Source of the DNA: Anaeromyxobacteraceae bacterium
GTDB lineage: Bacteria > Myxococcota > Myxococcia > Myxococcales > Anaeromyxobacteraceae
Reading direction: 5' to 3'
NCBI GenBank assembly: GCA_032654565.1
Contig: JAULAX010000013.1
Location: 64,001-128,000 of the forward strand
DNA length: 64,000 bases
Shown here: positions 52,128 through 63,217 of the stretch, piece after piece
How positions within the stretch are numbered: the first letter of the stretch is position 1
Layout of the letters: each line of letters begins with the position of its first letter
Program-made: the position numbers and the translations under genes
The notes under the pieces: generated by a model
The model's input: the letters and a program-made list of their open reading frames with translations, nothing else
Told to the model about the DNA's origin: nothing
Databases searched by the model: none

Positions 52128-53357
52128 TCAACCGGTGCGTTGTCCCACCCCGCCGCCGTACCGGCGCATCTGCCGCTCCCCGAAGGCGCGGCGCGCCGCG
52201 AGGGCGTTGTGGCGTTCGCAGACGATTCGGAGATTCTCGGCCGTGGATGGTCCCCATTCGGCCCAGGGGATGATGTGGTCCAGCTCCAGCCGGTGGGTCG
52301 AGCCGCACCAGCCGCCACCGTCGAGCGGCCAGGTGCAGCGGCCGGCGTCGCGCTCCCAGACGGCGCGTCGGACGGCGACGGGGATGGTCTCGCGGGGGCC
52401 GGTTCTGCGGCGGGTCGGGGGCTCGATCGGCGTCGGGGGCGCGGTCGGGTGTGCCGGAGCCGCCCGCGGCCGCTTCACCTGCCCGCGGGCCTTCGCTTGC
52501 TTCTCCAGCAGCAGGTCGAGCGCCGCCTCGAGCACCTGCTCCATGGTGGCGCCGGGGATGGCGTGTGAGAGGCCGTCGCGGGCGGACGCGAGCTTCTTCA
52601 AGAACTGGCGACTGACGGTGGCGTGGATCCGGGAGAGGCCGGCGGTGAGCGGTTCGACGTCGTCGCGGGTGACGGCCGGGCGGGCGGAATCCGCAACCTG
52701 CCGTCGGGGCGCCTGAAATGTCATACACGGACCCAGAGTTGGTTCTGACGTCAGAACCGCACCCTCGGTCCGTGTCAGATGGAATCCTGAAGTGCCCACG
52801 GCCGCTTGCGCTGCTTCGACGGGGGGCGCCGCCACCATCGCCGTCGGCCTCCGCTCCGGCTCCAGGCTGGTCACCACCGTCCGAAGCGGCGGCCGCTCCC
52901 GCGGCTGGAGCTCCGCCGTCACCTCGGCCGCTTCCCTCGCCGAGAGCCGGTAGTAGCGAGGCATGACGGCCCCGATATTCTCCTCGGTGAGCACCTTGGC
53001 CAACTCGGCGGTGGTTGACAGGCAGAGCCGGCCGTCGCGCAAGGGCTCGATGACCTGAGGGAGCCGCTGGAGCAGGCGGGCAGCGCTGAGCCGCCAGAAG
53101 GCGGCGTTGCGCGAGAGGCGCAGCTCGACGTGCAAGAAGGCGAAGAGGCTGGCGTGCCCGAGCGGCTCCCAGCCGCGGCGGTGGTCGAAGCCTGCCAGGG
53201 CGACCAGGAAGTCGGCCATGGAGGCCTGCTCGCGGCGGAGCAGGCGGGCGAGGGCGTCGCGGAGCTGCCGTGCTTCCAGGAGTTCGAGGGAGGGGGAGGC
53301 CGCTCCGTGGAACGAAGCCGCGGCCGAGGGAAGGGTCGGTTGCGCGTGGTTGATCAT
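52128..53357 (-). CDS. HNH endonuclease with DUF222-like N-terminal domain
   Basis: C-terminal IP..VRRAVWERD..RC..CGS..LELDHIIP..G....NLR..C..HN; N-terminal FL..L..FD.RR.W..LG..SLF.F; atypical codon usage. Confidence 0.88.
   Translation of the reverse strand: MINHAQPTLPSAAASFHGAASPSLELLEARQLRDALARLLRREQASMADFLVALAGFDHRRGWEPLGHASLFAFLHVELRLSRNAAFWRLSAARLLQRLPQVIEPLRDGRLCLSTTAELAKVLTEENIGAVMPRYYRLSAREAAEVTAELQPRERPPLRTVVTSLEPERRPTAMVAAPPVEAAQAAVGTSGFHLTRTEGAVLTSEPTLGPCMTFQAPRRQVADSARPAVTRDDVEPLTAGLSRIHATVSRQFLKKLASARDGLSHAIPGATMEQVLEAALDLLLEKQAKARGQVKRPRAAPAHPTAPPTPIEPPTRRRTGPRETIPVAVRRAVWERDAGRCTWPLDGGGWCGSTHRLELDHIIPWAEWGPSTAENLRIVCERHNALAARRAFGERQMRRYGGGVGQRTG
52725..52775. repeat. nested palindrome inside the HNH gene
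   Basis: Perfect 18-bp palindrome GGTTCTGACGTCAGAACC (52741-52758) with outer arms ACACGGACC (52725-52733) / GGTCCGTGT (52767-52775). Confidence 0.85.
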
Positions 53358-53498
53358 TCACGCAGCGTCTCACGCGGATCTGACACTCTTGCGGTCGCAG
53401 AGACCCGTGGAACCCAAGTGGGACGCGGGTTTCGTGGGATCGGTCCTGGTGGGCAGGTCACCTGGCTCGCAGGTTGCCGCCCGCCGCTGGAGCGGGAG

Positions 53499-53559
53499 GG
53501 AATCCAACCCACGGTCACGTCTGATGACGTACTCCATGTTGGCACGGACCTACTGGTTC
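53499..53559. repeat. ~62-bp direct repeat, copy 1
   Basis: GGAATCCAACCCACGGT...TGACGTAC...CTGGTTC; 49/62 identical to copy 2 by manual alignment. Confidence 0.85.
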
Positions 53560-54515
53560 CGTGGTGGACCCTGGTGAGCCTGGGGGACTGGCGCCAGGGC
53601 GGAGGGCGCAGCCCCCCCGGGGGTCCGGCACGCCATCCGCAGCTCGCTCGAGCCCCACAGGATGGCGCAGTGGCGCAGCAGGTCGGTGCCGATCGCCCCC
53701 TGCCAGCACTGATGCGAGGCCGGGATCACCAGGGTGGAGGTCGAGAAGACCTGGCCCGCGAAGGCGATCGGCACGTCGTCGAGGATCAGGCCGGCGCCGG
53801 TCGAGAGGACCCCGACGGTTCGGCCGCGGTCACCCGACCTCGCGAGCATGGACGGGATGGCCGGGTTGTTTCTCGCCAGCGCCGTGGTGGTCGCGCCGGT
53901 GTCGATGAGCATCTCCGCCGGGACGCCGTTCACCTCGGCCTTGACCACGCGGTGCACCCGGTTGAAGGGGCCGTTGCTCATGCAGCCGTGGTAGTCGACC
54001 TCCCGCCAGGGGCCGAAGCCCGGCGGCGGCGGGATGGTCCCGGCCTCGGGCTCGAAGCGGAGCTCGGCATGCTCCAGGTCGATCACCATGGCCCAGCCGC
54101 GCCGGAGCAGCTCCTGCGGCGCCAGGATCGCCTCGTCGGCCCCGTCGACAGGGTTCTGGAGGAAGTCGAGCGCGACCGGGGCGGAGGCCCCTTCGAACTG
54201 CACGGGCACGTTGGCGAGCTGGACCATCTCGACGCGGCGGCCGTTCGAGTCCACCAGGGTGCTGTCGTAGCCGGAGCCGCGCCGGGCCAGCTTCCGGGCC
54301 CTTGCGAAGCTGGCGGGGAGCAGGCTCTGGGCGGCCCCGGTGTCGAACAGGAGCCGGATGGGCTGACCGGCCACGGTGGCCCGCAGCCACGGCCGTGGGC
54401 CGGACTGGGTCTCCTCGATCTCGAACCGGGTGGCGCGGAATGGCGGGGGGCCGTGGGCGCACCCGCCGGCGAGGGCGAGGGCAAGTGTGGCGAGGGCGCG
54501 GAGGGGATGGCGCAT
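53550..54515 (-). CDS. lipoprotein with two retropepsin-like aspartyl protease domains
   Basis: Lipoprotein-type signal ending LAGGC; LLFDTGA and MLIDTGA catalytic motifs; GAIGTDLL. Confidence 0.85.
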   Translation of the reverse strand: MRHPLRALATLALALAGGCAHGPPPFRATRFEIEETQSGPRPWLRATVAGQPIRLLFDTGAAQSLLPASFARARKLARRGSGYDSTLVDSNGRRVEMVQLANVPVQFEGASAPVALDFLQNPVDGADEAILAPQELLRRGWAMVIDLEHAELRFEPEAGTIPPPPGFGPWREVDYHGCMSNGPFNRVHRVVKAEVNGVPAEMLIDTGATTTALARNNPAIPSMLARSGDRGRTVGVLSTGAGLILDDVPIAFAGQVFSTSTLVIPASHQCWQGAIGTDLLRHCAILWGSSELRMACRTPGGAAPSALAPVPQAHQGPPRNQ

Positions 54516-54630
54516 GTGGTGGCGGGGCTCCCGGTGTCGGAGGGCTGGGGGACCAGGGGGACGTCGGAGGGCCATCCTAGCCGAACCCGTACCCGGAGTC
54601 CTCCATCGATCAGGCCCAGGGCAGGGGAAA

Positions 54631-54692
54631 GGAATCCAACCCACGGTGCGCGGCTGGTGACGTACCCTGTGGTTCCTCGGGCCTGCTGGTTC
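54631..54692. repeat. ~62-bp direct repeat, copy 2
   Basis: First 17 bp identical to copy 1; shares TGACGTAC and CTGGTTC. Confidence 0.85.
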
Positions 54693-54738
54693 ACGGCCCG
54701 CAGGAGGTGCAGACGACGCGACGTCGGGAGGGAGCGCC

Positions 54739-55221
54739 ATGCCGCTCAGGACGAGAAGCTTCGCGACGCTGGTGGCCCTCCTGGCCGCCGCCTGCATCCC
54801 GGATCCCTTCGCCGACAAGGTCCATCCGATGACCATCCAGGACGGCACCTACCAGGTCTCGCCGGTCCCTCCCTCCACCGAGGCCGAGGCGGCGCCGCTG
54901 CGGGCCCTCCGGGTCCGGATCGACAGGGCGACCCGCTCGTTCACGCTCACCGTGGCCGACGGGTCCCAGCAGGCCCTGGAGGTGTCGTTCCGGCCCGCCT
55001 CCGAGTGGAAGGCCGACTGCTTCACCATGGCCAGTCACGTGCTGGAGGAGACGGCGGGCCTGACGCCGGCGCCGCTCCTGATCGAGGGCTACACCTTCAA
55101 CACTCCGATGATCTACCGGATGTGCTGGGAGGGGCGGGTGATCCTGTCCGACGGCCACCCGTCGGATCACGTCCAGCAGGCGCTGCCTGCCCTGGTGCTG
55201 GACCTGCAGGTGGTCCCATGA
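54739..55221 (+). CDS. hypothetical lipoprotein
   Basis: GGAG RBS; lipobox-like LAAAC; host-like codon usage. Confidence 0.72.
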   Translation: MPLRTRSFATLVALLAAACIPDPFADKVHPMTIQDGTYQVSPVPPSTEAEAAPLRALRVRIDRATRSFTLTVADGSQQALEVSFRPASEWKADCFTMASHVLEETAGLTPAPLLIEGYTFNTPMIYRMCWEGRVILSDGHPSDHVQQALPALVLDLQVVP

Positions 55222-55380
55222 CCACGCGGAGGAGGAGAGACGGGGTGGATCGGCGGGGGCCTGGCATCGAGGGCCCCACCGTCGGCCGTCCACCGTCGGA
55301 GCCAGTGGCGGCCCCGCCGGAGGCCTCCGGCCCGAAGCGCGGGGGCGGCGCCCGTCCGACCGGGGCGCTATGGTGAGGCG

Positions 55381-57468
<2,088 letters not shown>

Positions 57469-57512
57469 CCGGGCGGCTCGCCTTTCCGCGGCGGTCGCGC
57501 CAAGCTCGGGGG

Positions 57513-58274
57513 ATGTCCCCCCGCCCCCTCTGGAAGGTCCTGGTCTTCACGCCGCTGCAGGTCGCGGTCACGCTCCTGCTCTTCGTCGAGTGCGCCGTGG
57601 TGCTGGGGCTGGCCGCCTGGCCGGCGGCGCTGCTCTGGCAGGCGGCCGCCGATTGGCTGCCGCTCACCGGCGCCTGGCGCACCCTGGCCCTCTGCGTGGC
57701 CGCCACCGCCGGCTGGTTCGTCTTCGGCCTGACGCTGCTGGTGATCCTGCCGGTGGCCCGCTGGGTCCTCTTCGCCACCGGCTCGCCGGTGGGGCGCTTC
57801 CCCTACCTCTCCTGGAACGCCTACCGCTGGGCCAGCTACAACTCGCTCACCCTCATCCTCCGCTTCAGCTTCATGAACTGGATCCGGGTGACCCCCTTCC
57901 TGCCCCTCTACCACCGGCTCATGGGGATGAAGGTGGGGCGCCGGGTCCAGTTCAACACCGCGGTGGTGGCCGACCAGAACCTCATCGAGGTGGGCGACGA
58001 CAGCGTGGTGGGCGGCGACGTCACGCTGGTCTGCCACGCCGCCGAGGCCGGCTACCTGGTGGTGGCGCCGGTGCGGATCGGCCGGCGCGTCACCCTCGGC
58101 CTGCTGGCGGTGGTGATGCCGGGCTGCGAGATCGGCGACGACGCGGTGGTGGCGGCCGGCGCGGTGCTGGCCAAGGGGACCCGGGTGGGCCCCGGTGAGC
58201 TCTGGGGCGGCGTCCCGGCCCGGCGCATCGGGAGGCGGGACCCGGGCCAGGAGGCCAGGGAGACCCCGGCCTGA
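57513..58274 (+). CDS. membrane-associated hexapeptide-repeat acyltransferase
   Basis: N-terminal TMs; MGMKVGRRV, IEVGDDSVVG, PVRIG, IGDDAVVAAG, WGGVPA. Confidence 0.85.
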   Translation: MSPRPLWKVLVFTPLQVAVTLLLFVECAVVLGLAAWPAALLWQAAADWLPLTGAWRTLALCVAATAGWFVFGLTLLVILPVARWVLFATGSPVGRFPYLSWNAYRWASYNSLTLILRFSFMNWIRVTPFLPLYHRLMGMKVGRRVQFNTAVVADQNLIEVGDDSVVGGDVTLVCHAAEAGYLVVAPVRIGRRVTLGLLAVVMPGCEIGDDAVVAAGAVLAKGTRVGPGELWGGVPARRIGRRDPGQEARETPA

Positions 58275-58340
58275 AGCCGACCGCGGGGCCGCTCACCCGG
58301 CGACGGAGCGCCGCGTGAACGACCTCCCGAGGAGCACCAC

Positions 58341-61070
58341 CTAGCGGGCCTTGGCGGGGCGCCCCTCGACGTCGAGGAGCAGCGGCGCCGGCAGGCCGGC
58401 CTTGGCCAGCTGCGGGAGCACGGCCGCGGCGTCGCCGACCAGCACCACCGCCAGGCCGTCGAAGGCGAAGGCCCCGCCGGTGGCGGCGGCGGCGATGGCG
58501 GGCGCGTCGGCCCGGTCGAGGGCCAGCACCTCCTCGGCCAGGGCGCCGGGCGGGCGGCCGGCCAGCACCTGCTCGGTGAGCGACCGGGCCACCGTCGACG
58601 CGGTGAGGAGCTGCTCGGCGATGGCCGAGCGCGCGGTCTCGCGGGCCTTGGAGGCCTCCTCGGCCGGCAGGCCGCCGGCGGTCAGGCCGTCCAGCTCCTT
58701 CCTGATCTCGCCCAGGGCGGCGGCCGTCACCTCGGTCTGCACCGCGCTGGAGACCAGCAGCAGCGGCTGGCCGGCGCGCTCCACCACGACGCTGCCGGCG
58801 CCGTAGGTGTAGCCGTTCTTCTCGCGCAGGTTCTGGTTGAGGCGGCTGGTGAAGCCGCCGCCGAGGGCCACCGAGGCCAGCTGGCGCGCCGCCCGTCCCT
58901 GCGGGTCGACCGCGGGGAGCGGCCGCGAGGCCAGGATGACGGTCTGCGGAGCGCCGGGGCGATCCACCAGCACCAGCCGGCGGTCGGCGGCCTCGGCGCG
59001 GAGGGTGGGGGCGGGGGCCGGCGGCCGGGCCGTGGAGCGCCAGGCCCCGAAGCGACGCTCCAGCGCGCCCCGCAGCGCCTGCGGGTCGAAGTCCCCGGCC
59101 AGGATCAGGACGGCCGCCCGGGGGTCGAGGAGGGTCGGGGCCAGCGCGCGGAGGTCCTGGAGCGTGATCGAGGCCACCGTGGCGGCGTAGCCGTCGGTGG
59201 GGCGGCCGCGGGGATCGTCCGGACCGAAGTTGCGGGCCGCCGCCACCAGGGCCGCCACCTGGCGGGGCTCGGTGGCGCGGGCCTCGAGCTGGGCCAGGAG
59301 CAGGGCCTTCTCGCGGTCGAAGTCGGCGACGGCCAGCCGGGGGCGGAGCAGGGCCTCGGCCATCAGGTCGAGGGTGGGGCCGAGGTTTCGCGACAGCCCC
59401 TGGACCCGGAGGCCGAGGGCGCCGCGCTCGGCGCGCCCCTCGATCTGGGCGCCCAGGGCGCTGGCGGCGGCGGCGAAGGCGGCGGCGTCGAGCGTCCCGG
59501 TCCCGGCGGTGAGCAGCTGGCCGAGCAGGGCGGTGGCGCCGGCCTGGGCGGCGGGGACGGCCCGGTCGGCGCTGGCGAAGATCACCTCGCCGGCGATCAG
59601 GCCGGAGCCGGGGAGCGGCGCGGCCCGGACCTCGATCCCCGAGGCGAGGCGGAAGGTGACCGGCGCCGGCGGCACCACCCTGGCGGCCGGGAGATCGGTG
59701 GGGCGCTGGTCGGGGACGGTCCCGGGCGCGCCGCCGACGGGGATGACCCTCAGGTCGAGCCGTCCTCCGCCCAGGGCGCGGGCCACGTCGCGGACCCCGC
59801 CGGCGGTGACGGCGGCGAAGCGGGCCAGGTCGAGGGCGAAGCCGTCGGGGGTGCCGAGCGCGCTCCGGTACTCGTTGAGCTTGATGGCCCGGGAGACCAG
59901 GTTCTCGCGGGCCTGGCGGATCTGCACCTCCTGCCGGGCCCGGGCGCTGGCCAGCTCGGCGGCGCTCGGGCCGGCCGCGGCCAGCTCGGCGAGGACGCCG
60001 AGCGCCTCGCGCTTCAAGGCGCCGAGGTCGCCGCCGGGCGTGCCGGTGACCTGGAGGCGGAACAGCGAGCCGAGGAGCCCCTCTTCGAACGAGGCGTCGA
60101 CGGCGCTGGCCAGCCGCTTCTCCAGCACCAGCCGCCGGGAGAGGCGCGATCCCGGCCCCTCGCCGAGGATGCGGGACAGCAGCTGCAGCTCGGCCGTGCC
60201 GGTGGTCCAGGCCGCCGGGGCGTGCCAGATGAGGTCGAGGCGCGGCAGCTCGACGCGATCCACCAGCAGCCGCTGCACCTCGCCCTCGAGCCGGACCGGG
60301 GCCCGCGGCGCCGCGCCGGTGCGGGGGCGGGCCACCAGCGGGCCGAAGAGCTGCTCGATGAGGGCTCGGATCCGGACCGGATCGAAGTCGCCCACCACCA
60401 CCAGCGAGGCGTTGGCCGGCACGTAGTGGGTGTTGAAGAAGCCCACCACGTCCTCGAGCCGGGCGGCCTCGAGGTCCTGGTGCGAGCCGATCACCGGGTG
60501 GTGGTAGGGGTGGCCCTCCGGGTACATGGCCTCGTTGATCACCAGCTCGGCGGCGCCGTAGGGCCGGTTCTCGCTGGTCTGGCGCCGCTCGTTCCGGACC
60601 ACCTCGCGCTGCAGGTCGAGCTTGGCCTGGGTCATGGTGGCGCCGAGCGCCTCGAAGCGGTCGGCGTCGAGCCAGAGGAGCGAGGGGAGCAGCGAGGAGG
60701 GGCCCCAGGAGTAGTAGGTGGTCCAGTCCGGCGAGGTCATGGCGTTGTTGGCGCCGCCGGCGGTCTCCATGATCACGTCGAACTGGTTCCCCGGTACCCG
60801 CCTGGTCCCCATGAACATGAGGTGCTCGAAGAGGTGGGCGAAGCCGGTCCGGCCGCTGGCCTCGTCCTTGGAGCCGACGCCGAAGAGGGTGTTGACCACC
60901 ACCCGCGGGACCCGGTGGTCGGGCTGGAGCGTCACGGCGAGGCCGTTCGGCAGGGCGTAGGTCTCCACCTGGAGCGGCGGCGTGGCCGCCGCCTCGGCGG
61001 GGGCGGCGGCGACCGGCAGGAGCGCGGCGAGGACCACGGCGGCGACGGAGCGGGGGATGGACATGGTCAT
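58341..61070 (-). CDS. M16 family zinc metallopeptidase
   Basis: Signal peptide; GFAHLFEHLMF (HxxEH); SRLNQNLREKNGYTYG. Confidence 0.93.
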   Translation of the reverse strand: MTMSIPRSVAAVVLAALLPVAAAPAEAAATPPLQVETYALPNGLAVTLQPDHRVPRVVVNTLFGVGSKDEASGRTGFAHLFEHLMFMGTRRVPGNQFDVIMETAGGANNAMTSPDWTTYYSWGPSSLLPSLLWLDADRFEALGATMTQAKLDLQREVVRNERRQTSENRPYGAAELVINEAMYPEGHPYHHPVIGSHQDLEAARLEDVVGFFNTHYVPANASLVVVGDFDPVRIRALIEQLFGPLVARPRTGAAPRAPVRLEGEVQRLLVDRVELPRLDLIWHAPAAWTTGTAELQLLSRILGEGPGSRLSRRLVLEKRLASAVDASFEEGLLGSLFRLQVTGTPGGDLGALKREALGVLAELAAAGPSAAELASARARQEVQIRQARENLVSRAIKLNEYRSALGTPDGFALDLARFAAVTAGGVRDVARALGGGRLDLRVIPVGGAPGTVPDQRPTDLPAARVVPPAPVTFRLASGIEVRAAPLPGSGLIAGEVIFASADRAVPAAQAGATALLGQLLTAGTGTLDAAAFAAAASALGAQIEGRAERGALGLRVQGLSRNLGPTLDLMAEALLRPRLAVADFDREKALLLAQLEARATEPRQVAALVAAARNFGPDDPRGRPTDGYAATVASITLQDLRALAPTLLDPRAAVLILAGDFDPQALRGALERRFGAWRSTARPPAPAPTLRAEAADRRLVLVDRPGAPQTVILASRPLPAVDPQGRAARQLASVALGGGFTSRLNQNLREKNGYTYGAGSVVVERAGQPLLLVSSAVQTEVTAAALGEIRKELDGLTAGGLPAEEASKARETARSAIAEQLLTASTVARSLTEQVLAGRPPGALAEEVLALDRADAPAIAAAATGGAFAFDGLAVVLVGDAAAVLPQLAKAGLPAPLLLDVEGRPAKAR

Positions 61071-61139
61071 CCTCAGAGACCGCTCGACCCGATTCGTGAC
61101 CGACCGCCCGCCCGGCCGATCCGGGCCGCGGACCCGGGG

Positions 61140-62945
61140 TCAGTCCGGGCCCATCAGCGCCTGGAAGCGGGGCAAGTGGCGCACCGAGGCCAGGTCGGGG
61201 TCGCGCCGGATCCAGGCGCGGTTGCCGAAGCCGGCGTCGAGCACGGCCGCCAGCTCGTCGAGGGCCCGCTCCGCCGAGCCCTCGAGCGCCAGCAGGCAGG
61301 CCACGTTGTAGCGGACCCCGGCGTCGAGCGGATCGAGCTGCGAGGCCTGCTCGCCCCAGTGGAGCCCCTCGTCGCGCCGCCCCAGGCGACAGAGCGAGAC
61401 GGCGCGCATGGTGGCGGCCCGCGCGTCGTCGGGGTTGAGATCCATGTGGCGCTCCACCACCGCCAGGGCGGCGGCGTAGGCCAGCCGCGCCTCCTCCGTC
61501 CGCCCCAGCGCCTCGCTGGCCTGGGCGGCGAAGAAGGACGCCTGGTAGTGCTCGCCGGCGGCGGCGGCCTCGCGGAAGCGGCGGGCCGCCTCCTCGAGCC
61601 GGCCGTCCTGGAAGCAGGCCCGGGCGTAGTAGTAGTGGGCCTCGGGCAGGCCGGGATCGAGCGCCAGGGCCCGCTCGAAGGCCTGCCGCGCCTCCTCCGG
61701 CCGCTGCAGCGTGGCGAGCGTCAGCCCGCGGGCGGCGTGGGCCTCGGCCAGCGCCGGCAGCAGCTGGACGGCCCGGTCGCTGGCGGCGGCGGCCGCCTCC
61801 AGCTCGGCCTGCTCGGGCGGGTAGTACATGTTGCGCAGCGCCAGCGCCTCGGCCCGCCCGGCGTGGGCCAGGGCGAAGCCGGGGTCGATGGCGGTGGCTC
61901 GCCCGAACAGCTCCTCGGCGAAGCACAGGCTGGCCCGCCGGGTCTGCTGCAGGAACCGGCGGCCGCGCAGGTAGAACTCGTAGGCGCGCACGTCCGGGTG
62001 GGGCGCGCTCCCGGCCGGCGTGCTCCGCTCCGCCTCGCGGAGGATGGCGGTGAGGGCGGCCGCCACCTCCCCGGCGCTGGACGGGCGGCGCTCCGGCTCG
62101 AGCTCCAGCAGGCGGGCCAGCAGCGCCTCGGCCCCGGGCGCCGCCGGGGTGGCCAGCGCCGCGACCGGCCCCCGGAGGCCGGGCTCGCCGTCGGTGCCGA
62201 AGGGGAGGCGGCCGTCGAGGAGCAGGTGGAGCAGCACGCCGAGGGCGAAGAGGTCGGTGCGGGCGTCGCCGGGGTCGCCCCGCCACTGCTCGGGCGCCAT
62301 GAACCCCGGGGTGCCGCCCGCGGCGGCGCCGTGGCCGAAGACCATCGACAGGCCGAAGTCGAGCACCTTCACCTGCCCGTCGGCGCAGAGGAAGACGTTG
62401 GCCGGCTTGAGATCCCGGTGGACCACCCCGTGGGCGTGGGCGTGGGCCAGGGCCCGGGTCACCTCGACGGCGACGCGCAGCGCCTCGCGCGGCGTCACCG
62501 GACCGGCCTCCAGCCGCTGCGCCAGCGACTGGCCGCGCAGCAGCTCCAGCACCAGGTACGGGCCGTGCGGCGACTGGCCCAGGTCGTGGAGCGTGACGAT
62601 GTTGGGGTGGGCCAGGCGCGCCGCCGCCTCGGCCTCCAGCAGCAGCCGCTCCTCCCGCAGGCGCAGGTGCTCCCCGGCGTGCACCGCCTTGAAGGCCACC
62701 GAGCGCCCCAGCAGCGGATCGCGCGCCTCCCAGACCACGCCGAACCCGCCCCGGCCGATCTCGCGGACCAGCTCGAGCCGGCCGATGACGGCGCCGGGCT
62801 GCAGCCAGGCGGCCCAGGTGTCTGCGGGCGGGACGCCGGGGGCGCGGGCCAGCTCGACCAGCAGCGCCGAGAGGGCGCCGGGCCTCACGGCCGACGAGGG
62901 ACGCTCCCGGTCCGGCGGCGGGTGACCCTCACCATCGATGCCCAT
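61140..62945 (-). CDS. Ser/Thr protein kinase with C-terminal TPR repeats
   Basis: [42 protein letters not shown] then TPRs ending YNVAC..DPDL. Confidence 0.92.
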   Translation of the reverse strand: MGIDGEGHPPPDRERPSSAVRPGALSALLVELARAPGVPPADTWAAWLQPGAVIGRLELVREIGRGGFGVVWEARDPLLGRSVAFKAVHAGEHLRLREERLLLEAEAAARLAHPNIVTLHDLGQSPHGPYLVLELLRGQSLAQRLEAGPVTPREALRVAVEVTRALAHAHAHGVVHRDLKPANVFLCADGQVKVLDFGLSMVFGHGAAAGGTPGFMAPEQWRGDPGDARTDLFALGVLLHLLLDGRLPFGTDGEPGLRGPVAALATPAAPGAEALLARLLELEPERRPSSAGEVAAALTAILREAERSTPAGSAPHPDVRAYEFYLRGRRFLQQTRRASLCFAEELFGRATAIDPGFALAHAGRAEALALRNMYYPPEQAELEAAAAASDRAVQLLPALAEAHAARGLTLATLQRPEEARQAFERALALDPGLPEAHYYYARACFQDGRLEEAARRFREAAAAGEHYQASFFAAQASEALGRTEEARLAYAAALAVVERHMDLNPDDARAATMRAVSLCRLGRRDEGLHWGEQASQLDPLDAGVRYNVACLLALEGSAERALDELAAVLDAGFGNRAWIRRDPDLASVRHLPRFQALMGPD

Positions 62946-63217
62946 GCGACCAGCTCCCCTGGACCGGGCGGCGAGCGCCCTGGGCCGTTCCACCACCCCC
63001 ATCTACCAGAGGCGCTGCTGGAGCGGGCGTGACCTTCGAGGACGGGGTGCGCCCCTTCGCGCACCCCCCGGCAGCGCCGCTCCCCGGCGCCGGTGTCGGC
63101 GCTCCTCCCGGTGGCCGACCGGCCCGCCGGGGCGCCGGGGACCAGGCGCTCCCGGGCTCGCCCGGCTCGTCCATGGAACCGGGGACCGCTTCGCGCTATG
63201 CGAGGTGGGAGCCACCG

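Noticed and set aside
52712..52794. CCTGAAATG / CCTGAAGTG as a target-site duplication around the HNH palindrome
   Set aside because: Imperfect, and 74 bp apart, so a simple insertion would not preserve the reading frame
53487..53560. tRNA gene or remnant (minus strand GGGTTGGATTCCC resembles a T-arm; also GTTTCGATTCC near 12887)
   Set aside because: The T-loop is not TTCGA in the first case, and no acceptor, D or anticodon arms could be built in either
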